A stretch of 64,000 nt of DNA, from contig CAVXLD010000012.1 of the NCBI GenBank assembly GCA_963762565.1, positions 416,001-480,000 on the forward strand, given 5' to 3'. Of the stretch, positions 28,881-37,812 are shown piece after piece. How positions within the stretch are numbered: the stretch's first letter is position 1; every line of letters starts with the position of its first letter. A model generated the notes under the pieces. The model was not told the origin of the DNA, searched no databases, and worked only from the letters and a program-made list of their open reading frames with translations. Origin of the DNA: an uncultured Verrucomicrobiae bacterium (GTDB lineage Bacteria; Verrucomicrobiota; Verrucomicrobiia; Chthoniobacterales; JAFAMB01). The position numbers were made by a program, and so were the translations under genes.

Positions 28881-30875
28881 ATGTGTGGAATTGCAGGCTT
28901 TATTGATTTGGCCGGAGGCCGTTCCCTCGGTGACGATGTCATCAAGAGGATGACACGCGCGATCATTCACCGAGGACCAGACGAGGAGGGGTATTTCCAG
29001 CGTCCGGGCCTCGCTCTGGGCTCAAGACGGTTAAGCATCGTCGGTTTGGCGGACGGTCAACAACCGGTGACGAACGAAGACCGGACGGTCCATGTGGTCT
29101 TTAATGGCGAGTTTTTTGACTTCCAGGAGCGGCGTGCTGAGCTGCAAGCCAAAGGGCATCGTTTAGTAACGCATTGCGATACCGAGATCATTCCGCACTT
29201 TTGGGAAGAAGCGCAGGAGAAGATGTTCAAGAGTTTTCAGGGCCAATTCGCCTTCGCGTTGTGGGACGATCGGCGGCGTTGTCTAGTGCTTGGTCGGGAC
29301 CGGTTTGGGATTAGCCCGCTTTATTGGACCAGACAAGGCGATTGGTTGTTCTTTGCTTCTGAAATTAAGGCCTTGCTGGCCTCCGGGATGGTTCCGGCCG
29401 AGCCTGATCTCCGAGGCATCGATCATGTTTTCACTTTCGCTGCTTTGCCCGGCCCAATTACCTGTTTCAAAGGGGTTAAATTATTACCGCCCGGTCATTA
29501 TTTAGTGATTCGGCCGGGAAACCGATCTGGAACGACTTCATCGATCAAAGAGAGTGCCTATTGGAAAATGGACTTCCCCGATCGCGGGGAAGAAGATCGG
29601 GGAGAAAACGCTAAGGCCTTGGTTGACCGGTTCGAGCAGCTCCTGCTGAACGCAGTTGAGGAACGCCTCAGAGCAGACGTACCGGTTGGTTCTTATTTGT
29701 CCGGCGGTGTCGATTCAAGTGTTATCGCGGCTCTCGCTTGTCACGTTAAAGGTCCTGCCATCAACACCTATACAGTCCGGGTCGATGCGCCCCATTTGGA
29801 TGAGCTGGACGCTGCTAACCTTGTAGCCCGCCATATCGGTACCAAACCTCCGATTGTTCAGCAATTCAGGAGCGAAGACGTGTTAAACACCTATCCGGAG
29901 TTGATCCACGCTGCGGAAGCGCCGGTCATCGACACTTCCTGCGCGGCGCTCTTACAACTGGCAGGGCGGGTTCACCGTAATAATCAAAAAGTCGTTCTTA
30001 CCGGCGAAGGAGCCGACGAATGGTTGATCGGTTATCCCTGGTATAAAGCCGCTAAGATTCTCAGTCTTCTCGATGTTATTCCTGGATTGCCACTTAGCGA
30101 CCTATTCCGTAGCGCGTATCTCGGGCTGCACCACGTACCGCAGTATCCCGCGAGCTTTCGACGCGGAGTAGAGGCTTCACTCGGCGGACCCAATGCCTGG
30201 ATCGATACTTATGGTGTCCTCGGACTGGCGAAACTAAGATTTTATGCGCCGCCGATGCGGGAGGTCCTGGCACAACACAATGCTTGGGCCGATCTGCACA
30301 TCCCCTTGGAACGAGCCAAACGATGGCACCCGTTAAACCGGGGGGTTTGGGTGGCGGCACGAGTTACTCTGGCCGGACACCTTTTGCAGGCCAAAGGAGA
30401 TCGGGTGGCGATGAATTCCTCGGTTGAAGTGCGCTACCCGTTTCTTGACGAAGACGTTTTCAACTTTTTGGCTTCGCTGGATCCGCGCTGGAAGCTTCGA
30501 GGTTTTCGCGACAAGCATCTGCTGCGCCTTTTGGCGGAACGTTGGGTGCCGCCTTCCGTGTATCGGCGCCGCAAGGTGATTTTCCGAGCTCCTTTGGACA
30601 GTTTTCAGTTGGAACCTGAACCGCCTTTTGTCAGCCAGTTAGTGAGCGAAGAATCGCTACGACGGACCGGATATTTCGACGTCGAGCAAGTCCATCATTG
30701 GCGACGAGCTTATCGTCAACTGCGCGCCGGGTCTCTAGGACGACTTTCGGTCGAATTGGGCCTGGTGGCAGTAGTCGCGACTCAGCTCTGGCATCATTTG
30801 TTTATTCGGCCTGAGCTCGCCGAGCTGCCCGTTGGAACTGCCAACGGAGTCTCTCTGGAGAAGGCGGCCCTCTAA
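28881..30875 (+). CDS. asnB: Asparagine synthetase B-like glutamine amidotransferase
   Basis: N-terminal MCGIAG, HRGPD, FNGE, SGGVDS PP-loop, LTGEGADE, EVRYPFLD. Confidence 0.92.
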   Translation: MCGIAGFIDLAGGRSLGDDVIKRMTRAIIHRGPDEEGYFQRPGLALGSRRLSIVGLADGQQPVTNEDRTVHVVFNGEFFDFQERRAELQAKGHRLVTHCDTEIIPHFWEEAQEKMFKSFQGQFAFALWDDRRRCLVLGRDRFGISPLYWTRQGDWLFFASEIKALLASGMVPAEPDLRGIDHVFTFAALPGPITCFKGVKLLPPGHYLVIRPGNRSGTTSSIKESAYWKMDFPDRGEEDRGENAKALVDRFEQLLLNAVEERLRADVPVGSYLSGGVDSSVIAALACHVKGPAINTYTVRVDAPHLDELDAANLVARHIGTKPPIVQQFRSEDVLNTYPELIHAAEAPVIDTSCAALLQLAGRVHRNNQKVVLTGEGADEWLIGYPWYKAAKILSLLDVIPGLPLSDLFRSAYLGLHHVPQYPASFRRGVEASLGGPNAWIDTYGVLGLAKLRFYAPPMREVLAQHNAWADLHIPLERAKRWHPLNRGVWVAARVTLAGHLLQAKGDRVAMNSSVEVRYPFLDEDVFNFLASLDPRWKLRGFRDKHLLRLLAERWVPPSVYRRRKVIFRAPLDSFQLEPEPPFVSQLVSEESLRRTGYFDVEQVHHWRRAYRQLRAGSLGRLSVELGLVAVVATQLWHHLFIRPELAELPVGTANGVSLEKAAL

Positions 30876-30919
30876 TGTGGCTAATCGCCTGACCTGGGCG
30901 GTTAGCAGGATTTTTTTGA

Positions 30920-32278
30920 ATGGATACAAAAAACCGATGTGCCTCCGCGGCTCAACTCTTCAAAGTCGCCCTCGCGCTTGTTGCCCTTCTCAGCGGGTGC
31001 GCGACCCCATTTAACCATGATGCCAGCGTTACGCGGAATAACGCCTTTATCGATTACTGGCCGGGGCCGAAAGACTCGGAAAATGTCCGTCTAGCGGTTA
31101 AGGACGTTATCGATCTCAAGGGCGTTGTTACTACGGCAGGTTCTGATTATTTCGAAAAGCACGGCCAGCCCGCCTCCCGCGACGCGGCCTGTATGGCGAT
31201 CGCCCGGCAACGAGGCATCAGGATCGTCGGCAAAACCAACCTCGACGAATTTGCCGTCGGGGTGACCGGGATGAATGAATATTTCGGAATCCCGAGAAAC
31301 CGGATCAGCCGATGGCGGGATCTTATTCCGGGTGGCTCATCCTCCGGGTGCGCGGTGGCAGTTCAAAGCGGTATGGCGGATGTTGGCTTTGGCACCGACA
31401 CCGCTGGATCCGTCCGAGTCCCGGCGGCTTGTTGCGGCATTGTGGGTTTAAAAACCACGTTCGGTCTGATCTCGCTACATGGCGTATTTCCCCTTGAACC
31501 TAAGCATATGGACACGGTTGGCCCGATGGGCAAAGACATCGACCACGTGGTCGAGGGCATGGATCTGCTGGAGAACGGCTTCCGTGAACGCTACGAATCT
31601 GCCATCGCAAACATGCCGGCGAGAAGAATTCGGATCGGCCGCTTATACGTGGATGGCACCGATAAAAAAATCGATCAAGCGATCGATTCCGCTCTTAGCC
31701 AGGCAGGATTTGAAGTTATTCCGTTAAGCAAAGCTTTTAAAGACAGATGGGACCAGGCCGAGAAGGACGCGACTACCGTCGCGGAGTCAGGCGCCTGGAT
31801 CAGCGATGGCCCCTATTTTTCGAAACCGGAAGTTGGCGGCAAAGTCAAAGCGGCAATCGCTTTGGGACAGATTGAATTCACGACGAACTATAAAAACGCG
31901 CTTAGCCGAGAAGCGGCTTGGCGGCGCACCCTGGGCCAGCTGTTCACGCGCGTCGATTTCATTGCTTTGCCGACCCTGAAAAAATTGCCCCCCAGGATTC
32001 CGATTATCGGCGGTAGTCCCGTGTTTGAAGCGATGGTCCTAGGTTTACAGAACACGGCCGCAGTCAACTACGCAGGGAACCCTGCTTTGGCGATGCCGGT
32101 TCCGATAAATGATAGGGAGGTCCCGGTAACCAGTCTGCAATTGATCGGGCCGCGCTTAAGTGAAGCTCGGCTTTTGAGCGCCGGTCACCTGGTCGAGGAG
32201 GCCGTCCGTCCGGCCGTCAGAAAATCGCTGGCCAGGGAATCCGGATTGTTGAGGCACCTTTGGAGGCGCAACTTGTAG
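30920..32278 (+). CDS. Amidase-signature family enzyme, predicted lipoprotein
   Basis: AVKD, GKTNLDEF, GGSSSG, GTDTAGSVRVPA; lipobox LLSGC. Confidence 0.9.
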   Translation: MDTKNRCASAAQLFKVALALVALLSGCATPFNHDASVTRNNAFIDYWPGPKDSENVRLAVKDVIDLKGVVTTAGSDYFEKHGQPASRDAACMAIARQRGIRIVGKTNLDEFAVGVTGMNEYFGIPRNRISRWRDLIPGGSSSGCAVAVQSGMADVGFGTDTAGSVRVPAACCGIVGLKTTFGLISLHGVFPLEPKHMDTVGPMGKDIDHVVEGMDLLENGFRERYESAIANMPARRIRIGRLYVDGTDKKIDQAIDSALSQAGFEVIPLSKAFKDRWDQAEKDATTVAESGAWISDGPYFSKPEVGGKVKAAIALGQIEFTTNYKNALSREAAWRRTLGQLFTRVDFIALPTLKKLPPRIPIIGGSPVFEAMVLGLQNTAAVNYAGNPALAMPVPINDREVPVTSLQLIGPRLSEARLLSAGHLVEEAVRPAVRKSLARESGLLRHLWRRNL

Positions 32279-32455
32279 GCGAAACGGCGCACCGGCGAAA
32301 GGGCGAAAGGGCGACAAGGCGCGACAACCGAGGGCCTATCATCGCTTCCAAGAAACTCGGCTTGCTCTCATGACTTGATTCGTCACATCGATTGATCGCG
32401 CCCTTTCGCCCATTCGCCCTTTCGCCGGTGCGCCGGTGCGCCCATTCGCCGTCGC
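32278..32455. repeat. Inverted octamer runs (GGCGAAAG/GGCGCACC vs CTTTCGCC/CATTCGCC) between the amidases
   Basis: Direct reading; similar runs at 36231-36632, 52060-52100 and 58120-58165. Confidence 0.8.
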
Positions 32456-32505
32456 GCAAGAATATATGGCTCTCCGCTGGTGCTTCGTGCTAAGAGCTTT
32501 GCCCG

Positions 32506-33798
32506 ATGAAACTACACCAGCGTTTGGAAGCTCCTGTGCTTGTGCTCGGCCTGTCGTTGGCCCTCTGGCTAAGCGGTTGCACCATTCCTGAGCGGCGATC
32601 CGCTTCCGGTAGTCATCATCATGACTTCATCGATTATTGGCCGGTCCCAAAGAACGACCAAGAGATTGTCTTGGCCGTTAAAGACAACATCGACGTCAAA
32701 GGCGTGGTTACCAGCGCCGGATCTGAATACGTTTCCAAGACGGCGTCACCTGCGACCGAGGACGCGGCTTGTTTAGCCATAGCCCGGGCGCGGGGTGTGC
32801 GGATCATTGGGAAAACCAATCTCAGCGAATTCGCAGTGGCGCCTTCCGGTGTGAACGAGTATTTCGGCACTCCGAGGAATCCTTTCAGTAAGTTGCACAA
32901 GATTATTCCGGGAGGTTCCTCCAGTGGTTCGGCTGCGTCAGTCGATAGTGGGCTTGCTGACATTGCGTTCGGGACCGATACCGCAGGTTCTGTTCGTGTA
33001 CCGGCCGCTTGCCAGGGGATTGTAGGATTGAAAACCACCTTCGGTTTAGTCCCCTTGCGCGGCGTATTCCCAGTCGAACCTAAACATCTGGACACGGTCG
33101 GTCCTATGGGAAAAGACATCGCCCACGTCGTGATGGGGATGGATCTTTTGGAGAAAGGCTTTGCTGACAAGTACAACACGGCTGTCGGGAAAAAGCCGTC
33201 AGGCAAACAAATCAGAATTGGCAGGCTCTATCTAAGCGGGACCGATCCGAAAATCGATAAAGCGATCGATGACGCTCTCGTCCGAGCGCAATTTCAAGTT
33301 GTACGGCTGGGTCCAGCTTTTAAGGTGAAATGGGACCAAGCTAAGAATGATGGGAACACCATGGCCGCCGCCGGCGCGTGGATTAGCGAACAACAATATG
33401 TCTTACAATGGGGAGTCCGGACTAGAACCAGGGCCATCATCCTTCTCGGCAGACTGCTTTATCCTGGCCCTTATCGACAGGCTTTGGCACGGCGAGCGGC
33501 CTGGGAGCATGTTCTGCGCGAAGAATTCAAGAAAGTGGACTTCATTGCTTTACCGACCCTACAGGTAATCCCGCCACCCATCCCCTGGCTTGGCGGGAGC
33601 GCTTTCCTGGAGGCTCAGGTTTTGAACATACAAAACACGGTAGCGGTAAACTACGCGGGTAATCCGGCACTGGCGGTACCGATTCCGGTCGGCCACGAAC
33701 ATTTTCCAGTCACAAGCCTGCAATTGGTCGGGCCCCGATTAAGCGAAGCGCAACTCTTGAACGCAGGCCGGATTGTTGAGGCTAGTTCGGAAAGATAG
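32506..33798 (+). CDS. Amidase-signature family enzyme, predicted lipoprotein (paralog of the previous gene)
   Basis: AVKDNID, GGSSSGS, GTDTAGSVRVPA, shared EPKHxDTVGPMGKDI; lipobox WLSGC. Confidence 0.9.
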   Translation: MKLHQRLEAPVLVLGLSLALWLSGCTIPERRSASGSHHHDFIDYWPVPKNDQEIVLAVKDNIDVKGVVTSAGSEYVSKTASPATEDAACLAIARARGVRIIGKTNLSEFAVAPSGVNEYFGTPRNPFSKLHKIIPGGSSSGSAASVDSGLADIAFGTDTAGSVRVPAACQGIVGLKTTFGLVPLRGVFPVEPKHLDTVGPMGKDIAHVVMGMDLLEKGFADKYNTAVGKKPSGKQIRIGRLYLSGTDPKIDKAIDDALVRAQFQVVRLGPAFKVKWDQAKNDGNTMAAAGAWISEQQYVLQWGVRTRTRAIILLGRLLYPGPYRQALARRAAWEHVLREEFKKVDFIALPTLQVIPPPIPWLGGSAFLEAQVLNIQNTVAVNYAGNPALAVPIPVGHEHFPVTSLQLVGPRLSEAQLLNAGRIVEASSER

Positions 33799-33943
33799 AG
33801 ACCGATCGGCGGCAACCTCCCAGGCGGAGGGGGGGTGAGATTTCAAGTTGCCGATCGTTTTTCAGCTGTTAAGATACGCTGTTATCCCAGCTGGCAGCGG
33901 TCCCTTCTTGGGCTTTGTAAGCGTCACTGGATTTTTGCGAACT

Positions 33944-34708
33944 ATGAAGGCTGTGTTACTCCGCTCGATCCCTGTAATATCAGGGCTGCTCTTGACTGTA
34001 GGCTCTTTGCGAGCCGAAACGGTGGATGCTCTGATCACCGAAGGAGACTTTTATTACGCGAAGTTAGAAGCTGATCAGTCGCTCAAATACTATTTGCCGG
34101 CGGAAAAGCTCGAACCCAACAACGTGCGCTTACTAGTGCACATATCCCGCGAATATCGTCATTTAATGATCGATGCCACGAGCCAGTCGGAGAAGGTTCG
34201 TCTCGGAAGTACCGCGGTCGACTACGCCAAACGGGCAACTGCTATTGCCCCCAAAGATCCGGATGCACAACTAGCCATAGCTATTAGCTATGGAGAACTC
34301 CAGCCGTTTCAAGGCTACCATCAAAGATTTGATGCTGTCCATGTCATCAAGGATGCTGCCGACAGGGTGATTGAATTGGATCCACATAATGACCTGGGCT
34401 GGCACGTTTTAGGTCGCTGGTATCAAGGCCTGGCTGAGGTCGATCCCGTTCATCGGGTGCTGGCGCAGGCGCTCGGTGGCCTACCCCCTGCTACTTATCA
34501 AGAGGCGGCCACTTGTTTCGAAAAGGCGATAGAGCTCAATCCGAACCGCCTGATGCATTACGTCGCTCTAGGCACCGTCTATATAGAGATGGGCAAAAAA
34601 GAGGAAGGCTGCCGCCTGATCCAAAAAGGCCTTGCCATGCAGAACACCGAAAAGGACGACCCGGACGTCAAGCGCCAGGGCGAAGAGGTGTTGGCAAAGA
34701 ACCGGTAG
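33944..34708 (+). CDS. Secreted TPR-repeat protein
   Basis: Signal peptide MKAVLLRS...SLRA; TPR-like helices (FEKAIELNPN, YVALGTVY). Confidence 0.75.
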   Translation: MKAVLLRSIPVISGLLLTVGSLRAETVDALITEGDFYYAKLEADQSLKYYLPAEKLEPNNVRLLVHISREYRHLMIDATSQSEKVRLGSTAVDYAKRATAIAPKDPDAQLAIAISYGELQPFQGYHQRFDAVHVIKDAADRVIELDPHNDLGWHVLGRWYQGLAEVDPVHRVLAQALGGLPPATYQEAATCFEKAIELNPNRLMHYVALGTVYIEMGKKEEGCRLIQKGLAMQNTEKDDPDVKRQGEEVLAKNR

Positions 34709-35116
34709 GGCGAGGCTCCCGAAAAGCCGATCTTTGGTGGGGCGAGGCTCCCGAACAACTGGTCGAGTTCGCAGCGTTTCCCGGCGTTTGAAACCGACGG
34801 TGATGTTGTACCCTAAAAGCGCGCCGAGCCGTGGTATATGTCGTGCCCACCTGTTTGGAGCTGCAATGTCCTGGGAGCTTGGTAGGGCGAGGCTCCCGAA
34901 CAACCGATCGAGTTAACAGCGTTATCGACGTTTAATACCCGCGATGACCGGGTGCTAAAAACGTGCCGAGCCGTGGTATATGTGTTGCCACCCGCCTGGC
35001 GCTGCAACGTCCTGAGAGCGGCTCGGCAGTTTATAAGTCTAACGATGCGATTCGGCGCGGGAAGAAGCTCAAACCTTCGCGACCAAGTTTAGGTTATACA
35101 GGAGCTTCGCCCTACC
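34704..35116. repeat. Family C REPIN-like element with internal ~145 bp duplication; its termini provide both flanking TAG stops
   Basis: GGTAGGGCGAGGCTCCCGAA (34704, 34881; GTGG variant ~34737), GCCGAGCCG/CGGCTCGGC inner IR, end GGAGCTTCGCCCTACC. Confidence 0.88.
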
Positions 35117-36188
35117 GATCTTCCATCCACGGTTGTGGTTCGGCCGTAATTTCTCGCCCGCTTTCCGCGGATTGCTCGATCAACTGCCCGAGATAACAAT
35201 CGTGACAGGCCTCTGCGAGGCTGTAAGCAGGTTCTCCGGTCGTCACGTAGCTACCCATCCGGGCAAGAGAAGTTGCGACGGCGATTTCGTCGTCGTTCCA
35301 GCGCATCGCTGGGAAAGGGTTTTCGTACAAGATTTCTCCGCCGCCTGCGATACTCCGATGCGAATAACCTTCCAAGTTGCCCGCTTGCCCGGTATCGCGC
35401 CGCACTAGTTCAAACTGAAATGGTCGATCAAAACTTCGCAGCAGCCGAACCGTAGTTTGATTGATCTCGCCCTCCTCACCTCGTACCAACAGCCGCGGAG
35501 AACGGATCCAAGAATGATATTGGTCTCCCGTGAAATCGAAAATCCCGAAGCGATCGCCGTAATCGAGTTGAGCAATAGTTCTGACCGATTCCACGGTCTT
35601 TCTCTCGGTTGGTAGCCGGTTCCGATGCGGGCCGGCTACGACTCGTGAGGCAAAACGACGAGCGTTGATCTTTGGCAGTCGAAGGCCGGTTTGGAGAAAA
35701 TGGCGAAGCAAGCTGACACCGTGGTAACCGTGCGCAATTGAGACGTCCGCTTCGTAGATGGTTCCCAAACGACCGCTCTCAATCAGCGCAAGGCGAGCCG
35801 CGTGCAGTGGCTGAAAGATATATTGTTCAGCCACTTGGATCCGTGCCCCTGCCCGTTCCAGTTGAACCACCCGGTGAAGTTCCTTTAGATCCCGGCTGAT
35901 CGGGGTCTCGGACAGAATCGGTACACCGCGCTCTGACAAGGCTTCCATCCATTCCAGGTTAGCGCTGGCCGAGACTGATGTGACCACAAAGTCTGGACGT
36001 TTCTCGGCCAGCAATTCATCCAGGGTCGAAAACGTTGGAGCCGACCAACGCCGGCTGAGCTCTGCTCGTTTGTCCGGATTACGAGCGACGACTCCTGCCA
36101 AAGGAAATTGTTCCGGCAAATCCCGAGCGATCCGCAAGAAGAACTCGGCTCGCCAACCGCTACCTATGACTCCGAAAGAAGAGGGCAT
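35112..36188 (-). CDS. Gfo/Idh/MocA family oxidoreductase
   Basis: GVIGSGWRA Rossmann motif, ETP (EKP variant), VAEQY. Confidence 0.85.
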   Translation of the reverse strand: MPSSFGVIGSGWRAEFFLRIARDLPEQFPLAGVVARNPDKRAELSRRWSAPTFSTLDELLAEKRPDFVVTSVSASANLEWMEALSERGVPILSETPISRDLKELHRVVQLERAGARIQVAEQYIFQPLHAARLALIESGRLGTIYEADVSIAHGYHGVSLLRHFLQTGLRLPKINARRFASRVVAGPHRNRLPTERKTVESVRTIAQLDYGDRFGIFDFTGDQYHSWIRSPRLLVRGEEGEINQTTVRLLRSFDRPFQFELVRRDTGQAGNLEGYSHRSIAGGGEILYENPFPAMRWNDDEIAVATSLARMGSYVTTGEPAYSLAEACHDCYLGQLIEQSAESGREITAEPQPWMEDR

Positions 36189-36230
36189 GTGGAAGGAAAC
36201 AGGGGGAATTCGCGGAGTTCAAGCAGCGTG

Positions 36231-36632
36231 TGGCGAAAGGCGCGAAACGGCGAATGGGCGAATGGGCGAAACGGCGATGAAATGTCCCGAGCCCAACGTT
36301 GGTGGGGCGAGGCTCCCGAACGGCCTAAAACGGTTCGCAGGGGTTAGTTGTATGGCGCTCTTATATTGAGTGTTGGGCCGAGACGCTGCCGAGCCGTGGC
36401 CCAGCGCGACGCATCTGAAAACGGGCTGCGGGTTGGTTAGCTAATCCGGGGCGTCCGCGAGTCAGGGGCCTCGGCTCGGCAGCGAATCAGCCCTGCGCAC
36501 TTTCTCGTCGACATCCACAGGCAACTCTGGAAGCACCACCGCCCGTTCCGGAGCCTCGCCCCACCATTCTTGGGCTCCGGTCGCCCATTCGCCCATTCGC
36601 CCTTTCGCCCGTCTTCGCCCTTTCGCCCTCGC
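36231..36632. repeat. Family C element (36300-36566) flanked by inverted octamer runs
   Basis: TGGTGGGGCGAGGCTCCCGAAC ... GCCGAGCCG ... CGGCTCGGC ... GTTCCGGAGCCTCGCCCCACCA. Confidence 0.9.
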
Positions 36633-36634
36633 GG

Positions 36635-37708
36635 CTATTCATCCTCTAGCTTCCTCCCGTCCCTCCCACCGCCGGAACCTGAATACGGCTGACCCGGTTG
36701 CCAATCCGACGGACCGGGCGGAACAAACGAGGCGAGGGGAATTCGGACCTGGCATCGGTGCTGGGACGACATGAATGCTGCTTCGCAGATCTCGAGCGCG
36801 GTTAACGAACTCTCGGGTAATCGATAATCTGGTTTCCCAGATTGGATTTGCGTCGCCAAGTTTTCGAGGTGCCGCCGATGACCGAAAACCGATAACTCTT
36901 CCGGAACAATTATCTGACCGGCCGGATGCTCAGTATTCAAGATAAAGTACCCTCTTTCCCAGGCCCAGAACTCGATCATCCCGCGCGTGCCGGCCAAACG
37001 AAACACCGTTTTCTTTCCGGGAGTATTCACGCGGATGAAATCGCCCGTCTGTAAGATCATGCGGACCCCATTGACATTCTCAACGTAGGTAACGGCCACA
37101 GTTTCGACCTGCATCCCATCGCGATAGGTCCGCGTGGATGTATCGCAAGCGGCCAGAACGGAATTGATCGAGGCTTCACCAGTCGCCGCCAGGCAAAAGT
37201 CGAGCCAATGAATTCCTGCATTTAAGAGGTCCCATTTATCGCACTGGACCTCGATCTGGCGCAGTTCGCCAATTTCACCGCGGATAACGCGAGCGATGAC
37301 TTCCAACGATGTCGCTCGGGCCCGCAACCCGTGCGGGACGACCATCGGCAGATTGCGCGACTTGATCGCGTCGACGATTCTTCGGCCGGCGGCAGCTGTA
37401 TCGGCGAGCGGTTTCTCAACCAAAATCCCTCGCAGCGACGGCAATTCTAAGGCCTCGAGAACGATCGATTCATGCGATGGAGCGTAAGTGCTCACACAGA
37501 CGACATCAGTTGGGCACTGAGCGAACATCTCTCGATGAGAACCAAAAGACTGTACGCCCGGAAAATCTTGCTCCAACGACCGTCGAACCTCCGGCCTGAG
37601 ATCCGCCGCCGCGGCCAGACGAAAGAGCGGAGAAGCTGCGAGCGCTTCCAAACTTAAGCGGCCTCCCACGCCGCAGCCGACTACAGAAGCAGTTAATGAA
37701 AGGTTCAT
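36635..37708 (-). CDS. Gfo/Idh/MocA family oxidoreductase
   Basis: VVGCGVGG, VEKPLA, LLNAGIHWLD. Confidence 0.88.
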   Translation of the reverse strand: MNLSLTASVVGCGVGGRLSLEALAASPLFRLAAAADLRPEVRRSLEQDFPGVQSFGSHREMFAQCPTDVVCVSTYAPSHESIVLEALELPSLRGILVEKPLADTAAAGRRIVDAIKSRNLPMVVPHGLRARATSLEVIARVIRGEIGELRQIEVQCDKWDLLNAGIHWLDFCLAATGEASINSVLAACDTSTRTYRDGMQVETVAVTYVENVNGVRMILQTGDFIRVNTPGKKTVFRLAGTRGMIEFWAWERGYFILNTEHPAGQIIVPEELSVFGHRRHLENLATQIQSGKPDYRLPESSLTALEICEAAFMSSQHRCQVRIPLASFVPPGPSDWQPGQPYSGSGGGRDGRKLEDE

Positions 37709-37709
37709 T

Positions 37710-37811
37710 GTTACGAGTTACGGGTTGCGGGTTACGAGTTGGCGACTTGCCGCCGCTGCTAAAGACTGTGTAACTCCCACCACAGAACCCGTAACCCGCA
37801 ACTCGTAACCC
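37710..37811. repeat. Inverted heptamer runs GTTACG(A/G) / CGTAACC
   Basis: GTTACGAGTTACGGGTTGCGGGTT ... AACCCGTAACCCGCAACTCGTAAC. Confidence 0.85.
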
Positions 37812-37812
37812 C

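Noticed and set aside
30920..33798. gatA (Glu-tRNA amidotransferase subunit A)
   Set aside because: Lipoprotein signals, tandem paralogs and absence of gatB/gatC argue against it
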